Source: Candidatus Methylomirabilota bacterium
Lineage (GTDB): Bacteria; Methylomirabilota; Methylomirabilia; Rokubacteriales; CSP1-6
Assembly: GCA_046726415.1 (NCBI GenBank)
Contig: JBKPAK010000313.1
Span: 1 to 49,847, forward strand
Reading direction: 5' to 3'
DNA length: 49,847 nucleotides
Part shown: piece after piece, positions 1-11,961 of the stretch
How the letters are laid out: each line of letters begins with the position of its first letter
Numbering within the stretch: the first letter of the stretch is position 1
Made by a program: the position numbers and the translations under genes
The notes under the pieces: model-generated
What the model was told of the DNA's origin: nothing
Database searches by the model: none
The model's input: only the letters and a program-made list of their open reading frames with translations

Positions 1-965
1 TTCTGCTCGATGCCATCCTTGAGAAACGGAGTGCGCGCGGGCGCCCCCGGGGTGCCCCACGTCCGCCCCTGGGCATCCGCGTAGCGGACGAACCCGAACG
101 GCGCGAACCACTTATAGCGCTCGTCGTGGGCCGGCTCCACCCGACGGGCCGCTTCCTCGGGGGTGTCGGCGAGATACAGCCCCGTCCCCCAGATCACGTC
201 CTCACCGATCTGCTTGTGATAGCCATGGCGCTGGCACGCGGCATGGTACTCGCGCACGACCTGGTCGAGAATTTGCTCGCCGTTGAGGGTGACCATGGCC
301 TTGAAGTTGTGGCGGGCCATGAAGTCGATGCTCTTCCCGCTGGCGATGGGCATCCAGATCTCGACGGGCTGGTGCTTGGGGCGCGGCACACAGGTGAGCT
401 CCGTGAGCCGGTATCCGCGGTAGTCCACCGGCGGCGGGATTTCGTAGTACTTGCCCTTGTGCGAGAAGGCCTCCTGGTGGAAGCACTTCAGGAGCACCTC
501 CACCTGCTCCTCGAACAGCTCGCGGTTGGCCGCCGCGTCGATCAGCGGCGCGCCGAACGACTCCACCTCGCGCGTGTGATAGCCGCGTCCCACGCCCATG
601 ATGACCCGGCCATCCGTTACGATGTCGGCCATCGCATAATCCTCGGCCAGCCGTACCGGATGCCACATGGGCAGGATGTTGAACGCGCACCCGAACTTGA
701 GCCGCCGGGTTTGGGTGGCCAACCACAGGGACAGCTGGACGAGGTTGGGAAAGGTTTCGTAGCCCTCGCGCTGGAAGTGGTGTTCGGCCGTCCACAGCGC
801 ATAGAAGCCGAGCTCGTCCATCGCCTGGGCGAGGTCGCGCGCCATCCAGAAGGCCTCGATGAGCTGCTCATTGGTATAGCGGCGCTCGTCCGCTGGAGTG
901 CCGGCCGAGCCGACATTGTCGAGGTCGATCTGACCAACGTAGAGCACGTGGAAGTTCTTGATCAT
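1..965 (-). CDS. LLM-class (luciferase-like) flavin-dependent oxidoreductase, 3' end truncated by window edge
   Basis: Not in the ORF track; translated by hand from ATG at 965: MIKNFHVLYVGQIDL...DELGFYALWTAEHHFQREG...NILPMWHPVRLAEDYAMADIVTDGRVIMGVGRGY. WxAEHH and HPxRxAE...GxGRG are LLM motifs. ATGA overlap with SDR stop. Confidence 0.9.
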   Translation of the reverse strand, partial: MIKNFHVLYVGQIDLDNVGSAGTPADERRYTNEQLIEAFWMARDLAQAMDELGFYALWTAEHHFQREGYETFPNLVQLSLWLATQTRRLKFGCAFNILPMWHPVRLAEDYAMADIVTDGRVIMGVGRGYHTREVESFGAPLIDAAANRELFEEQVEVLLKCFHQEAFSHKGKYYEIPPPVDYRGYRLTELTCVPRPKHQPVEIWMPIASGKSIDFMARHNFKAMVTLNGEQILDQVVREYHAACQRHGYHKQIGEDVIWGTGLYLADTPEEAARRVEPAHDERYKWFAPFGFVRYADAQGRTWGTPGAPARTPFLKDGIEQ

Positions 966-1750
966 CTTGCCGTCCATCCTCCGTCGGCCACCAAGAGGTG
1001 GCCGGTCACATAGGCGGCCTCGACGCTGGCCAGGAAGCAAACGCACGCCGCCATTTCCTCCACGGTGCCGCGACGCCCGGCCGGCGTGAGGGCCCGCACG
1101 GCGGCATCGTCGCCGCCGACCCCGCGCATGGCCGGCGCCTCGGCGCCGAGGATCCGCGTAGAGTTGGTGCGCAGCCCCGTGGCGATGGCCCCGGGGCCGA
1201 TGGCGTTCACGGTCACCCCGCGCTCGGCATACGTGATGGCCAGTTGCCGCGTCACTCCCAGCACGCCATGCTTGGACGCCGTATAGGCGGGGCCGCCGCC
1301 CGAGCCCACCACGCTGGCCACCGAGCCGATATTGATGATGCGTCCCGCGCCCCGGGCCAGCATCCCCGGCAGGACCCGCCGGGCACAGTAGAACGTGCCG
1401 GTGAGATTGATGGCGATGACGCGTTCCCACACGGCTGGCGTGAGCTCGTCCGCCGGCGCATAGCCATCGAGGATCCCCGCGCCGTTGACGAGAATGCCCA
1501 CCGCTCCGAGATCGCGCTCGATCACCTCCACCGCGCGGTCGACCTCGTCCCAGCGGCTCACGTCCACCTGGGCGACGGCGGTCCGGTACCCCTTCGCCTT
1601 CAGCGTCTGGGCGAGCTCCCCAATTCCTTCGGGCAGCATGTCCACCAGGCCCACCGCGGCCCCGCGTTCGGTCAGGGCGACGGCAATCGCCCGCCCAATT
1701 CCCGAGCCGGCGCCGGTGACGATGGCACTCCCCGAGACCAGCTGACTCAT
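962..1750 (-). CDS. Short-chain dehydrogenase/reductase (SDR family)
   Basis: Start trimmed to MSQLVSGSAIVTGAGSGIG (TGxxxGxG); LVNGAG; catalytic YTASK (YxxxK); C-terminal YVTGHLLVADGG. Confidence 0.92.
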   Translation of the reverse strand: MSQLVSGSAIVTGAGSGIGRAIAVALTERGAAVGLVDMLPEGIGELAQTLKAKGYRTAVAQVDVSRWDEVDRAVEVIERDLGAVGILVNGAGILDGYAPADELTPAVWERVIAINLTGTFYCARRVLPGMLARGAGRIINIGSVASVVGSGGGPAYTASKHGVLGVTRQLAITYAERGVTVNAIGPGAIATGLRTNSTRILGAEAPAMRGVGGDDAAVRALTPAGRRGTVEEMAACVCFLASVEAAYVTGHLLVADGGWTAR

Positions 1751-2034
1751 CGGAGAAACCTCCGCATCGTCGCGCTCGCGACGGTGGGCGACTCGTGCTG
1801 CCGCACGTGTCGACGGGGCAAGAACCGGATGGCCGCACGCGTGATCCGCCGCGACCACGCCTCGTTGGTCCCATCGTCCTTCTCCCACCGCACCACGGTC
1901 GGCGCCGCCACGCGAAGCGGGCGCTCGACGATACCGCGGTCGGTCATCGGCCACACGAACGTGTCCCGGATGGCCCGCCCGTCGATGGATTCGATGTGGG
2001 CCTCGACGCTCAGGTGGAAGAAGCCGATCCTCAT
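1747..2034 (-). CDS. Hypothetical protein, 95 aa
   Basis: GGAGG RBS 4 nt before ATG, extended -10 (TGcTATGAT) upstream, and its TGA overlaps the SDR ATG (ATGA). No recognisable family. Confidence 0.5.
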   Translation of the reverse strand: MRIGFFHLSVEAHIESIDGRAIRDTFVWPMTDRGIVERPLRVAAPTVVRWEKDDGTNEAWSRRITRAAIRFLPRRHVRQHESPTVASATMRRFLR

Positions 2035-2054
2035 GCGTCCTCCGCGGTGGGCCG

Positions 2055-2100
2055 ATCATAGCACGCGTGTCTTGACGGCCCGTGGCGGCCGGCGTAGCCT
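2055..2100. promoter_or_regulatory. Divergent sigma70-type promoters (thiC leader on +; small ORF/SDR/LLM on -)
   Basis: + strand TTGACG (2072-2077), 17 nt, TAGCCT (2095-2100); - strand TG-c-TATGAT (-10 at 2055-2060). Confidence 0.55.
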
Positions 2101-2111
2101 TCTCGCAGAGG

Positions 2112-4007
<1,896 letters not shown>

Positions 4008-4030
4008 ACCGCGCGGACACACACCTTCCG

Positions 4031-4342
4031 CGCCAATGGGAAGGTCTGGCGGGCGTGATGTCCCAATGGGGAGGTCTGGAGGGGGTGCCTCACCCCTCCA
4101 CGGTCACAATCGAGGTTGAATGAGCGCGTGATGAGCCTCGCGCCAATGGGGAGGTTTGGAGGGGGTGCCTCACCCCTCCACGGTCACAATCGAGGTTGAA
4201 TGAGCGCGTGGTGAGCCTCGCGCCAATGGGGAGGTTTGGAGGGGGTGCCTCACCCCCTCCACGTTCACAATCGAGGTTGAATGAGCGCGTGGTGAGCCTC
4301 GCGCCAATGGGGAGGTTTGGAGGGGGTGCCTCACCCCCTCCA
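4031..4342 (+). repeat. Tandem array of 80-81 bp hairpin-containing units (3 full + 1 partial, plus a degenerate stub at 4031-4049)
   Basis: CCAATGGGGAGGT starts at 4063, 4143, 4223 and 4304; each unit has the inverted repeat TGGAGGGGGTG-cct-CACCCC(C)TCCA; lies between convergent thiC and the NtrC-like gene. Confidence 0.95.
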
Positions 4343-4344
4343 AC

Positions 4345-5772
<1,428 letters not shown>

Positions 5773-5774
5773 GA

Positions 5775-6848
5775 CTATCGGGCGATAGGGAGGAAGCACG
5801 TCACGACCGTGCCGCGCCGCGCCGCACTGTCCACCTGGATCGCGCCATGATGCTCCTCGAGAATGCGATGGCAAATGGCCAGGCCGAGGCCGAGACCACT
5901 CGGCTTGGTGGTGAAAAAGGGATCGAAGATCTTGCCGCGCACCGCCTTGGGAATCCCGCTCCCCTCGTCGGTCACCTGCAGTTCCACCATGCTGCGCGGG
6001 CTTCCGCCCAGGTCCATCTTCCCGAACAGCGCGTTGAGGCTGATCCGGGTGGTAATTGTGAGGTGGCCGCCCTTCTTCATGGCCTCGATCGCGTTGCGAA
6101 CGAGGTTGTGGAAGACCTGGGTCAGGCGATCTTCGTCGCCGAGGATGGCAGGAAGACTCGGGTCATAGCGACGGACGATGCTCACGCGCTGGGCGCTCGC
6201 CGCCTCCTCGTTCACCAGGAGGACGCGCTCGAGGAGCTGGTGCAAGTTCAGCGGAACCGCCCGCGGCTTCACGGGCCGCCCGAGGTCGAGGAGCATCTCA
6301 ATGATGCGGTTGACGCGGTCGACCTCGGTCAGCACGACGTCCGTGTATTCGCGCAGGCGAGGCTCCTCGGTGAGCTCGCGCGACAGGAGCTGCACGGCGC
6401 CCCGGATGGCTCCCAGCGGGTTGCGGATCTCGTGAGCGAAGCCCACCGCCATACGGCCGGCGGCGGCCAGGGTCTCGCCGCGGTAGACCTCGGCCTCGAG
6501 TTGCCGCAGGCGCGTCAGATCCCGCACCACGGCCACCGCCGCTTCCACGCTGCCATTTCTGGCAAAGAGGGGCGCGGTCATCACGCTGACCGGAATCTCG
6601 TGATTCTCCACCGATTCCAGCAGCCCATCGGGCTCCGAGCGACTCTCGGCGGTGGTCAAGGTCTCGATGAGATGTCGCGCCAGCGATGAATCCACGGGGA
6701 AGACTTCTTTGAGAAGGCGGCCCTGTGCGCGCCTTGCCGACCGACCCGTGATCACCTCCGCCGCCGAGTTCCAGAAGATCACCCGCGCGGTCGCATCGAC
6801 GGCGATCACGGCGTCGGGAAGTCCGGCCAGCACCCCCTCGTAGTTCAT
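5775..6848 (-). CDS. PAS-domain sensor histidine kinase, NtrB-like
   Basis: N-terminal PAS, H-box AHEIRNPL, N-box NLVRNAIEA, DEGSGI, FFTTK, GLGLGL; no TM segments; adjacent to the NtrC-like gene. Confidence 0.92.
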   Translation of the reverse strand: MNYEGVLAGLPDAVIAVDATARVIFWNSAAEVITGRSARRAQGRLLKEVFPVDSSLARHLIETLTTAESRSEPDGLLESVENHEIPVSVMTAPLFARNGSVEAAVAVVRDLTRLRQLEAEVYRGETLAAAGRMAVGFAHEIRNPLGAIRGAVQLLSRELTEEPRLREYTDVVLTEVDRVNRIIEMLLDLGRPVKPRAVPLNLHQLLERVLLVNEEAASAQRVSIVRRYDPSLPAILGDEDRLTQVFHNLVRNAIEAMKKGGHLTITTRISLNALFGKMDLGGSPRSMVELQVTDEGSGIPKAVRGKIFDPFFTTKPSGLGLGLAICHRILEEHHGAIQVDSAARRGTVVTCFLPIAR

Positions 6849-7849
6849 GCCGCGAGCGGCAGGTCGGCCTGGGCGTTAAGGTCGAGGCCTGCGCGCTCGC
6901 CGGCGAGCAGGTGCGCAGTTCCCGCCGCCGCGATCATGGCGGCATTGTCCGTGCACAGACGGGGCGGGGGAATGTGCACACGGAAACCGTGCTCTTGGGC
7001 GGCCGCCCCGAGCGTGGCCCGCAGCACGCCGTTGGCGGCGACGCCGCCGGTGAGCACCACCCGCCTGACCCCGAGATTCCGGGCGGCGGCCACCGTCTTC
7101 TCGATCAGCATGCGGCACACGGTGGCCTGAAACGAGGCGGCCACGTCGGCCACCCCTTCGGGGGAGAGGGGCCCGTGGCGCTTGGCGTGCAGCGCGACCG
7201 CCGTCTTGATGCCGCTGAACGAGAAGTCCGGAGCCTGATCCGACATGTGGGCAAGCGCGAAGGGCACGGCGCGAGGATCGCCCCGCCGCGCGATCTGTTC
7301 GATGATCGGGCCACCGGGGAATCCGAGGCCCAGAAGCTTGGCCACCTTGTCGAAGGCTTCGCCCGCCGCATCGTCGCGCGTCTGCCCGACGAGCGTGTAG
7401 TGCAGGGGTTCCCCGGCGCGATAAAGCGCGGTGTGGCCACCGGAAACCACCAGCGCCAGGAAGGGATGCTCGGGCGGATCATCGCTCAGGATCGCCGCGT
7501 AGATGTGTCCCTCGAGGTGGTTCACGCCGACCAGCGGCAGATGGTGGGCCCATGCCAGGGATTTCGCCACCGAGCAACCGACGAGCAGGGAGCCCACCAA
7601 GCCGGGTCCGTGCGTCACCGCGATACCATCGAGGTCAGAGATGGAGAGCCCGGCGTCGCCCAACGCCTGTTCCACCACGGGGACGATCACCTCCAGATGT
7701 CGCCGCGACGCCAGCTCGGGAACGACGCCTCCGTAAGGCGCATGGACGGCGTCCTGGGACGCGACGACACTGGAGACGATGCGGCGGCCGTCGGCGACGA
7801 CGGCCGCGGCCGTCTCGTCGCACGAGCTTTCGATCCCGAGAACGACCAC
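6845..7849 (-). CDS. tsaD: tRNA N6-adenosine threonylcarbamoyltransferase TsaD
   Basis: LGIESSCDET, GGVVPELASRRH, VNHLEGH, VSGGHT, DDAAGEAFDK, TDNAAMIA. Confidence 0.97.
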   Translation of the reverse strand: MVVLGIESSCDETAAAVVADGRRIVSSVVASQDAVHAPYGGVVPELASRRHLEVIVPVVEQALGDAGLSISDLDGIAVTHGPGLVGSLLVGCSVAKSLAWAHHLPLVGVNHLEGHIYAAILSDDPPEHPFLALVVSGGHTALYRAGEPLHYTLVGQTRDDAAGEAFDKVAKLLGLGFPGGPIIEQIARRGDPRAVPFALAHMSDQAPDFSFSGIKTAVALHAKRHGPLSPEGVADVAASFQATVCRMLIEKTVAAARNLGVRRVVLTGGVAANGVLRATLGAAAQEHGFRVHIPPPRLCTDNAAMIAAAGTAHLLAGERAGLDLNAQADLPLAA

Positions 7850-7875
7850 GGCCGCGGCGCGCGCTGTCGAGCCGG

Positions 7876-9120
7876 CTACTGTGGTCGCACCTGAGCCTGC
7901 GGGCCGCTCGACTGAGCCTGGACGGTCTTCAATACCTCCAGGGCCTTCTGAAGCTGAACGTCCTTCTTCAGCTCCTCCATTGGGTCGACTGGCGGCTGGG
8001 GCGCCGGCTTCTCCTTTGCCGCCGTCTCCTTGGGTTCCTTGGGGATCTCGACGATGACATCCGGGGCAATGCCTTTGCCCTGGATGGAGCGCCCTTTGGG
8101 CGTGAAGTACTTGGCGGTGGTCAGGCGCAGGCCCGCCCCGTCGGACAGCGGAATGATCGTCTGCACGGAGCCCTTGCCGAAGCTCTGCGTGCCCACGACC
8201 TTGGCCCGACCGTAGTCCTGAAGCGCTCCCGCCACGATCTCCGACGCGGAGGCGCTACCCTGGTTGACCATCACCACCATCGGGATCTTGGTGTGTGGCC
8301 GCTTGGCGTGGGCGGTGAAGCGCATGTTCTGGTTCCGGACTCGCCCCTCGGTGTAGACGACCAGCTTGCCATCATCGAGAAACTTCTCGCTCACTTCCAC
8401 CGCGGCCGTCAGCAGGCCGCCGGGGTTGTTGCGAAGGTCGAGGACCATTGTCTTCATCCCCGCCTTGGTGAGCTTGTCGATCGCGGCTTCGAGGTCTTGC
8501 GCGGTCTGCTCCTGGAACTGGCGGAGGCGAATGTACCCGACCCCGTTGCCCAGATCCTGGGTGCGGACGGATTGGACGTGGATGACCTCGCGCTGGATGT
8601 CGAAGTCCTTCGGTTCGGCCCATCCCTCGCGCACCACCGTGATCCCGACCTTCGTGCCGGGCTTACCGCGCATGCGCTTGACGGCGTCGGCGAGCTGCAT
8701 GTCCTTGGTGGTGAGCCCGTCGATCTTGATGATCCGGTCGCCCGGCTGCAGCCCGGCTCGAAATGCCGGAGTGCCTTCGATGGGCGACACGACCGTCAGG
8801 ATGTCATCGCGCAGGGTGATCTCGATGCCGAGGCCACCGAAGCTGCCCGAGGTCTCGACCTGCATCTCCTTCAAGCTGTCCGGATCCAGGAACGAGCTGT
8901 GGGGATCGAGCCCGCGCAGGGTGCCCTTGATGGCACTGTAGATGAGCTCCTTGGGCGGCACATCGTCGACGTACTGGTTCTGGACGATCGACAGGACCTC
9001 GGTGAAGAGGCGGAGTTGCTCGTAGGTGGGGCTGTTGTCGGTGACCTTGCTCGCCACCGAACCGCCGAGAGACAACGTGAGCACAAGCAGCAGCGAGCCA
9101 ATCACGAACGCTTTCTTCAT
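7876..9120 (-). CDS. Carboxyl-terminal processing protease (S41 family, CtpA-like)
   Basis: Signal peptide, LDPHS, PDZ (GGLGI), DLRNNPGG, SASASEI, FGKGSVQ. Confidence 0.95.
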   Translation of the reverse strand: MKKAFVIGSLLLVLTLSLGGSVASKVTDNSPTYEQLRLFTEVLSIVQNQYVDDVPPKELIYSAIKGTLRGLDPHSSFLDPDSLKEMQVETSGSFGGLGIEITLRDDILTVVSPIEGTPAFRAGLQPGDRIIKIDGLTTKDMQLADAVKRMRGKPGTKVGITVVREGWAEPKDFDIQREVIHVQSVRTQDLGNGVGYIRLRQFQEQTAQDLEAAIDKLTKAGMKTMVLDLRNNPGGLLTAAVEVSEKFLDDGKLVVYTEGRVRNQNMRFTAHAKRPHTKIPMVVMVNQGSASASEIVAGALQDYGRAKVVGTQSFGKGSVQTIIPLSDGAGLRLTTAKYFTPKGRSIQGKGIAPDVIVEIPKEPKETAAKEKPAPQPPVDPMEELKKDVQLQKALEVLKTVQAQSSGPQAQVRPQ

Positions 9121-9144
9121 GGCGTCTCCTCAGGTGCCGCCGAC

Positions 9145-10365
9145 TCAGCCCCGTGGGCGCAGCCACTGCTCGGGGTCTTGCGGCTTTCCCCGATAGCGTA
9201 CCTCGAAATACAGCCGTGAGCCCGCCAACGAGCCGGTCTCCCCCACCGCTCCGATACGCTGTCCCTGACGGACGTCGTCGCCTTCCTTCACGTGGATCTC
9301 CGAGACGTGCGCGTAGAGCGTGAAGAGCTCGTTTCCATGGTCGACGATGATGATGTTGCCGTACCCCTTGAACCATCCACTATACACGATGTGGCCAGGC
9401 ATCACCGCCTCGACCGCGGCCCCCTCGCCGGCCTCGATGTCGACGCCGTTGCGGAACGTCCGAGTGCCGAAGCGTGGATGTACCTGCGCGCCGAACGAGG
9501 CCGCGACCCGCCCCGCCGCCGGCCAAGGGAGCCGTCCCCGTACGCCCACCGCAGGCACCGTTGCCGGCGACACGACGCCGGGCTTTGGCGGTCCGACCCG
9601 CGCCGCCGCCTGGCGCTGCTTGGCCTCGAGCTCCCGCTTGGCCTGAAGCTCGCGAATGAACGCCTCCAGGCGCCGGGAGGCCTCGATGAGTTCACCCACC
9701 ATACGCTCGTGGTAGGTTCGCTCGTCGCGGACCTTGGCCAGGAGGACCCGTCGGCGGGCAGCCTCGCGGTCGACCTCTGCCTGTTCCTGCCGGGCGGCGC
9801 CGCGCAGCTCGGTCAGCTCACGCTGGCGGTCTTCCCCCCGGGTTCTGCGATCCGCCAGCTCGTGCGAGATCTCTCGGTACTCCTGGATGAGCCGAGCGTC
9901 CAGCGCCGCCAGACTCATGAGGTGGCGGACGGCCACCGCGCGCGCCACTGGATCCTCGCCGGCCAGAATAATGGGCAGCGCCCCACCCTGAGCGTGCACT
10001 TTGTACACCGCCTGGAGTCGGCGGGCGAGTAGCGACTCCTGGATGGCCCGGCGGCGTTCCAGGTTGGCGATTTCCCCACGCAAGCTAGCCACCTCGCCCT
10101 GCGCGCGCCGGATGTGCGTGTCGAGGCGGGCGACCTCGCGCTGTTTGTCGGCCAAGCGCCGAGTCGTCCGGTCCAGGTCGGTCAGGACCGAGCCCTCGCG
10201 CCGGCGCGCGTCTTCCGCCTTCGCGCGCTGCTCCCTGAGCTGCTTCTGGGTCTGCTGAAGCCGCTCCTGTTCGCCTCGAATGTCGCGCCGCTGAGCCTCG
10301 GCCGGGCCCACGCCCGCCAGGGCGATGAGGCCGAGGGCCAGCCACCGCCCGTGAGGCGGCCACAC
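9145..10365 (-). CDS. Murein hydrolase activator, EnvC-like (coiled coil + M23/LytM domain)
   Basis: Signal peptide, long coiled coil, C-terminal LPWP...NGVDI...GYGNIIIVDHG...LYFEVR with degenerate Zn ligands; follows ftsEX. GTG start at 10365 is an estimate. Confidence 0.88.
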   Translation of the reverse strand: MWPPHGRWLALGLIALAGVGPAEAQRRDIRGEQERLQQTQKQLREQRAKAEDARRREGSVLTDLDRTTRRLADKQREVARLDTHIRRAQGEVASLRGEIANLERRRAIQESLLARRLQAVYKVHAQGGALPIILAGEDPVARAVAVRHLMSLAALDARLIQEYREISHELADRRTRGEDRQRELTELRGAARQEQAEVDREAARRRVLLAKVRDERTYHERMVGELIEASRRLEAFIRELQAKRELEAKQRQAAARVGPPKPGVVSPATVPAVGVRGRLPWPAAGRVAASFGAQVHPRFGTRTFRNGVDIEAGEGAAVEAVMPGHIVYSGWFKGYGNIIIVDHGNELFTLYAHVSEIHVKEGDDVRQGQRIGAVGETGSLAGSRLYFEVRYRGKPQDPEQWLRPRG

Positions 10366-10366
10366 C

Positions 10367-11251
10367 TCAGTGCCTCGGGGCGCGCGGGGCCCGAGCAAGC
10401 ACACCTCCCGCGCCCCCCAGGAACGCGCCGATCGCGACCAGGGCGAGGGCCGTGGAGAGAGTGAGGAAGCGGAATTCCGACAAGCCCAGGGTGACGCTCA
10501 GAAGCATCTCCAGACGCGGGGCGAGCAGGTGATACGCGCCGGCCAAGACGGCGATGGCGAGCAGCGCTCCCAGCACGCCCTGGACTGCCCCCTGAAGGAT
10601 GAGCGGGAGCCGGATGCTGAACGCGGGGGCTCCCACCAGGCGCATGATCTCGATCTCGTGGCGCCGCACGTGCAGCACGAGGGTGGTGGCTGTCGTGATC
10701 GTCAGGATCGCCGCCACTGCCAGCACGCTGCCTACCGCGAGGCCAAAGATCTGCAGGAGCCGCCGCCAGTGTGCGAGGCGGTCCACCCAGTCGGTCCCCC
10801 CTGCCACCTCTGCGGCCTCCGGCAGGGCAATCAACGCGGCCATCAAGACCCGGGCGCCTTCGGGCGTGGACCCTTCTGCCGAAGGCGTGATTTCGAGGGA
10901 GGCCGGGAGAGGATTGGCCGTGAGCTGGTCGGCCACCGCAGCCTCTCGGCCAAACGCCTCTCGCAGCGAGGCCAGCGCTTCCGCCTTGCCCACATAGTGC
11001 GCCGCCGCGACGCCAGGGATGTCTTCCACGCGCTCCACGAGCGCCTCTGGCGAGGTCGCCTCACCGCGGAGGAAGACGACCACCCGGACGCGGTCGCGCC
11101 ACCCAGTCAGGGCGTCTCCCAGATTGGCGGAGAGAACCCAGAACGCTCCCGCCGCTCCGATGGAAAGCGCGACGAGCACGACTGCGCTGGCCCCTATGCG
11201 CCCGGCCCGCCAAAGATCGCGCACGGCTTCCTCGACCAGGAAGATGACCAC
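10367..11251 (-). CDS. ftsX: Cell division permease FtsX
   Basis: 4-TM layout, NPLPASLEI, RRHEIEIMRLVGA; follows ftsE; start trimmed to GTG at 11251. Confidence 0.88.
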   Translation of the reverse strand: MVIFLVEEAVRDLWRAGRIGASAVVLVALSIGAAGAFWVLSANLGDALTGWRDRVRVVVFLRGEATSPEALVERVEDIPGVAAAHYVGKAEALASLREAFGREAAVADQLTANPLPASLEITPSAEGSTPEGARVLMAALIALPEAAEVAGGTDWVDRLAHWRRLLQIFGLAVGSVLAVAAILTITTATTLVLHVRRHEIEIMRLVGAPAFSIRLPLILQGAVQGVLGALLAIAVLAGAYHLLAPRLEMLLSVTLGLSEFRFLTLSTALALVAIGAFLGGAGGVLARAPRAPRH

Positions 11252-11259
11252 GCCGAGCC

Positions 11260-11931
11260 CTAGCCCCGGTCCTTGACGAGCCGCCCGCCCTCCAGGCGCA
11301 AGGTGCGGCGCCTGAGGTGAGCGACCAGCCCCGCCTGGTGAGTCGCGAGCAGCACGGTCGTCCCGCACGCCCAGATGTCCTTGATGACCTGGAGGACCTC
11401 TTCGGCCATGGCGTCGTCCAGATTTCCCGTCGGCTCGTCGGCGAGGAGCAGGGGTGGCCTGCGCACGATCGCGCGGGCGAGCGCCGCGCGTTGGGCTTCA
11501 CCTTGAGAGAGCTGCGACGGATAGGACTGCGCGCGGGCGGGGAGGCCTACCGCGCGGAGGGCCTCCAACACGGCCGTCTTGACTTCGCGGCGAGGCGTGC
11601 CGAGCACCCGCAGCACGAAGGCGATGTTCTCGTACACCGTACGCGCGGGGAGCAACTTGGCATCCTGGAACACCACGCCGATGGAGCGGCGCAGCGCCGC
11701 CACCTTGGAGGGCCGGAGACGTTGGACGCTCTGCCCGAGGACCTCGACCTCACCCTCGGAGGGCACGGTGGCCCGATAGAGTAGGCGCAGGAGGGTCGTC
11801 TTGCCCGCGCCACTGGGCCCGTGGAGGACCGCGAATTCTCCTCGCTCGACACAGAACGACACGTCGGTGAGCGAGGGAATGCTCGCGGGTCCGACGCGAT
11901 ACCGCTTGCTGACGTGCCGCAGCTCAATCAT
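11260..11931 (-). CDS. ftsE: Cell division ATP-binding protein FtsE
   Basis: GPSGAGKT, LRRSIGVVFQD, LLADEPTGNLD; upstream of ftsX and envC-like. Confidence 0.9.
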   Translation of the reverse strand: MIELRHVSKRYRVGPASIPSLTDVSFCVERGEFAVLHGPSGAGKTTLLRLLYRATVPSEGEVEVLGQSVQRLRPSKVAALRRSIGVVFQDAKLLPARTVYENIAFVLRVLGTPRREVKTAVLEALRAVGLPARAQSYPSQLSQGEAQRAALARAIVRRPPLLLADEPTGNLDDAMAEEVLQVIKDIWACGTTVLLATHQAGLVAHLRRRTLRLEGGRLVKDRG

Positions 11932-11961
11932 CCCCGCCGCGGACAATTATATCGGCGGGGG

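Noticed and set aside
4031..4342. CRISPR array interpretation of the 80-bp repeats
   Set aside because: The sequences between the palindromes are nearly identical rather than unique spacers, and there are no cas genes in the window.
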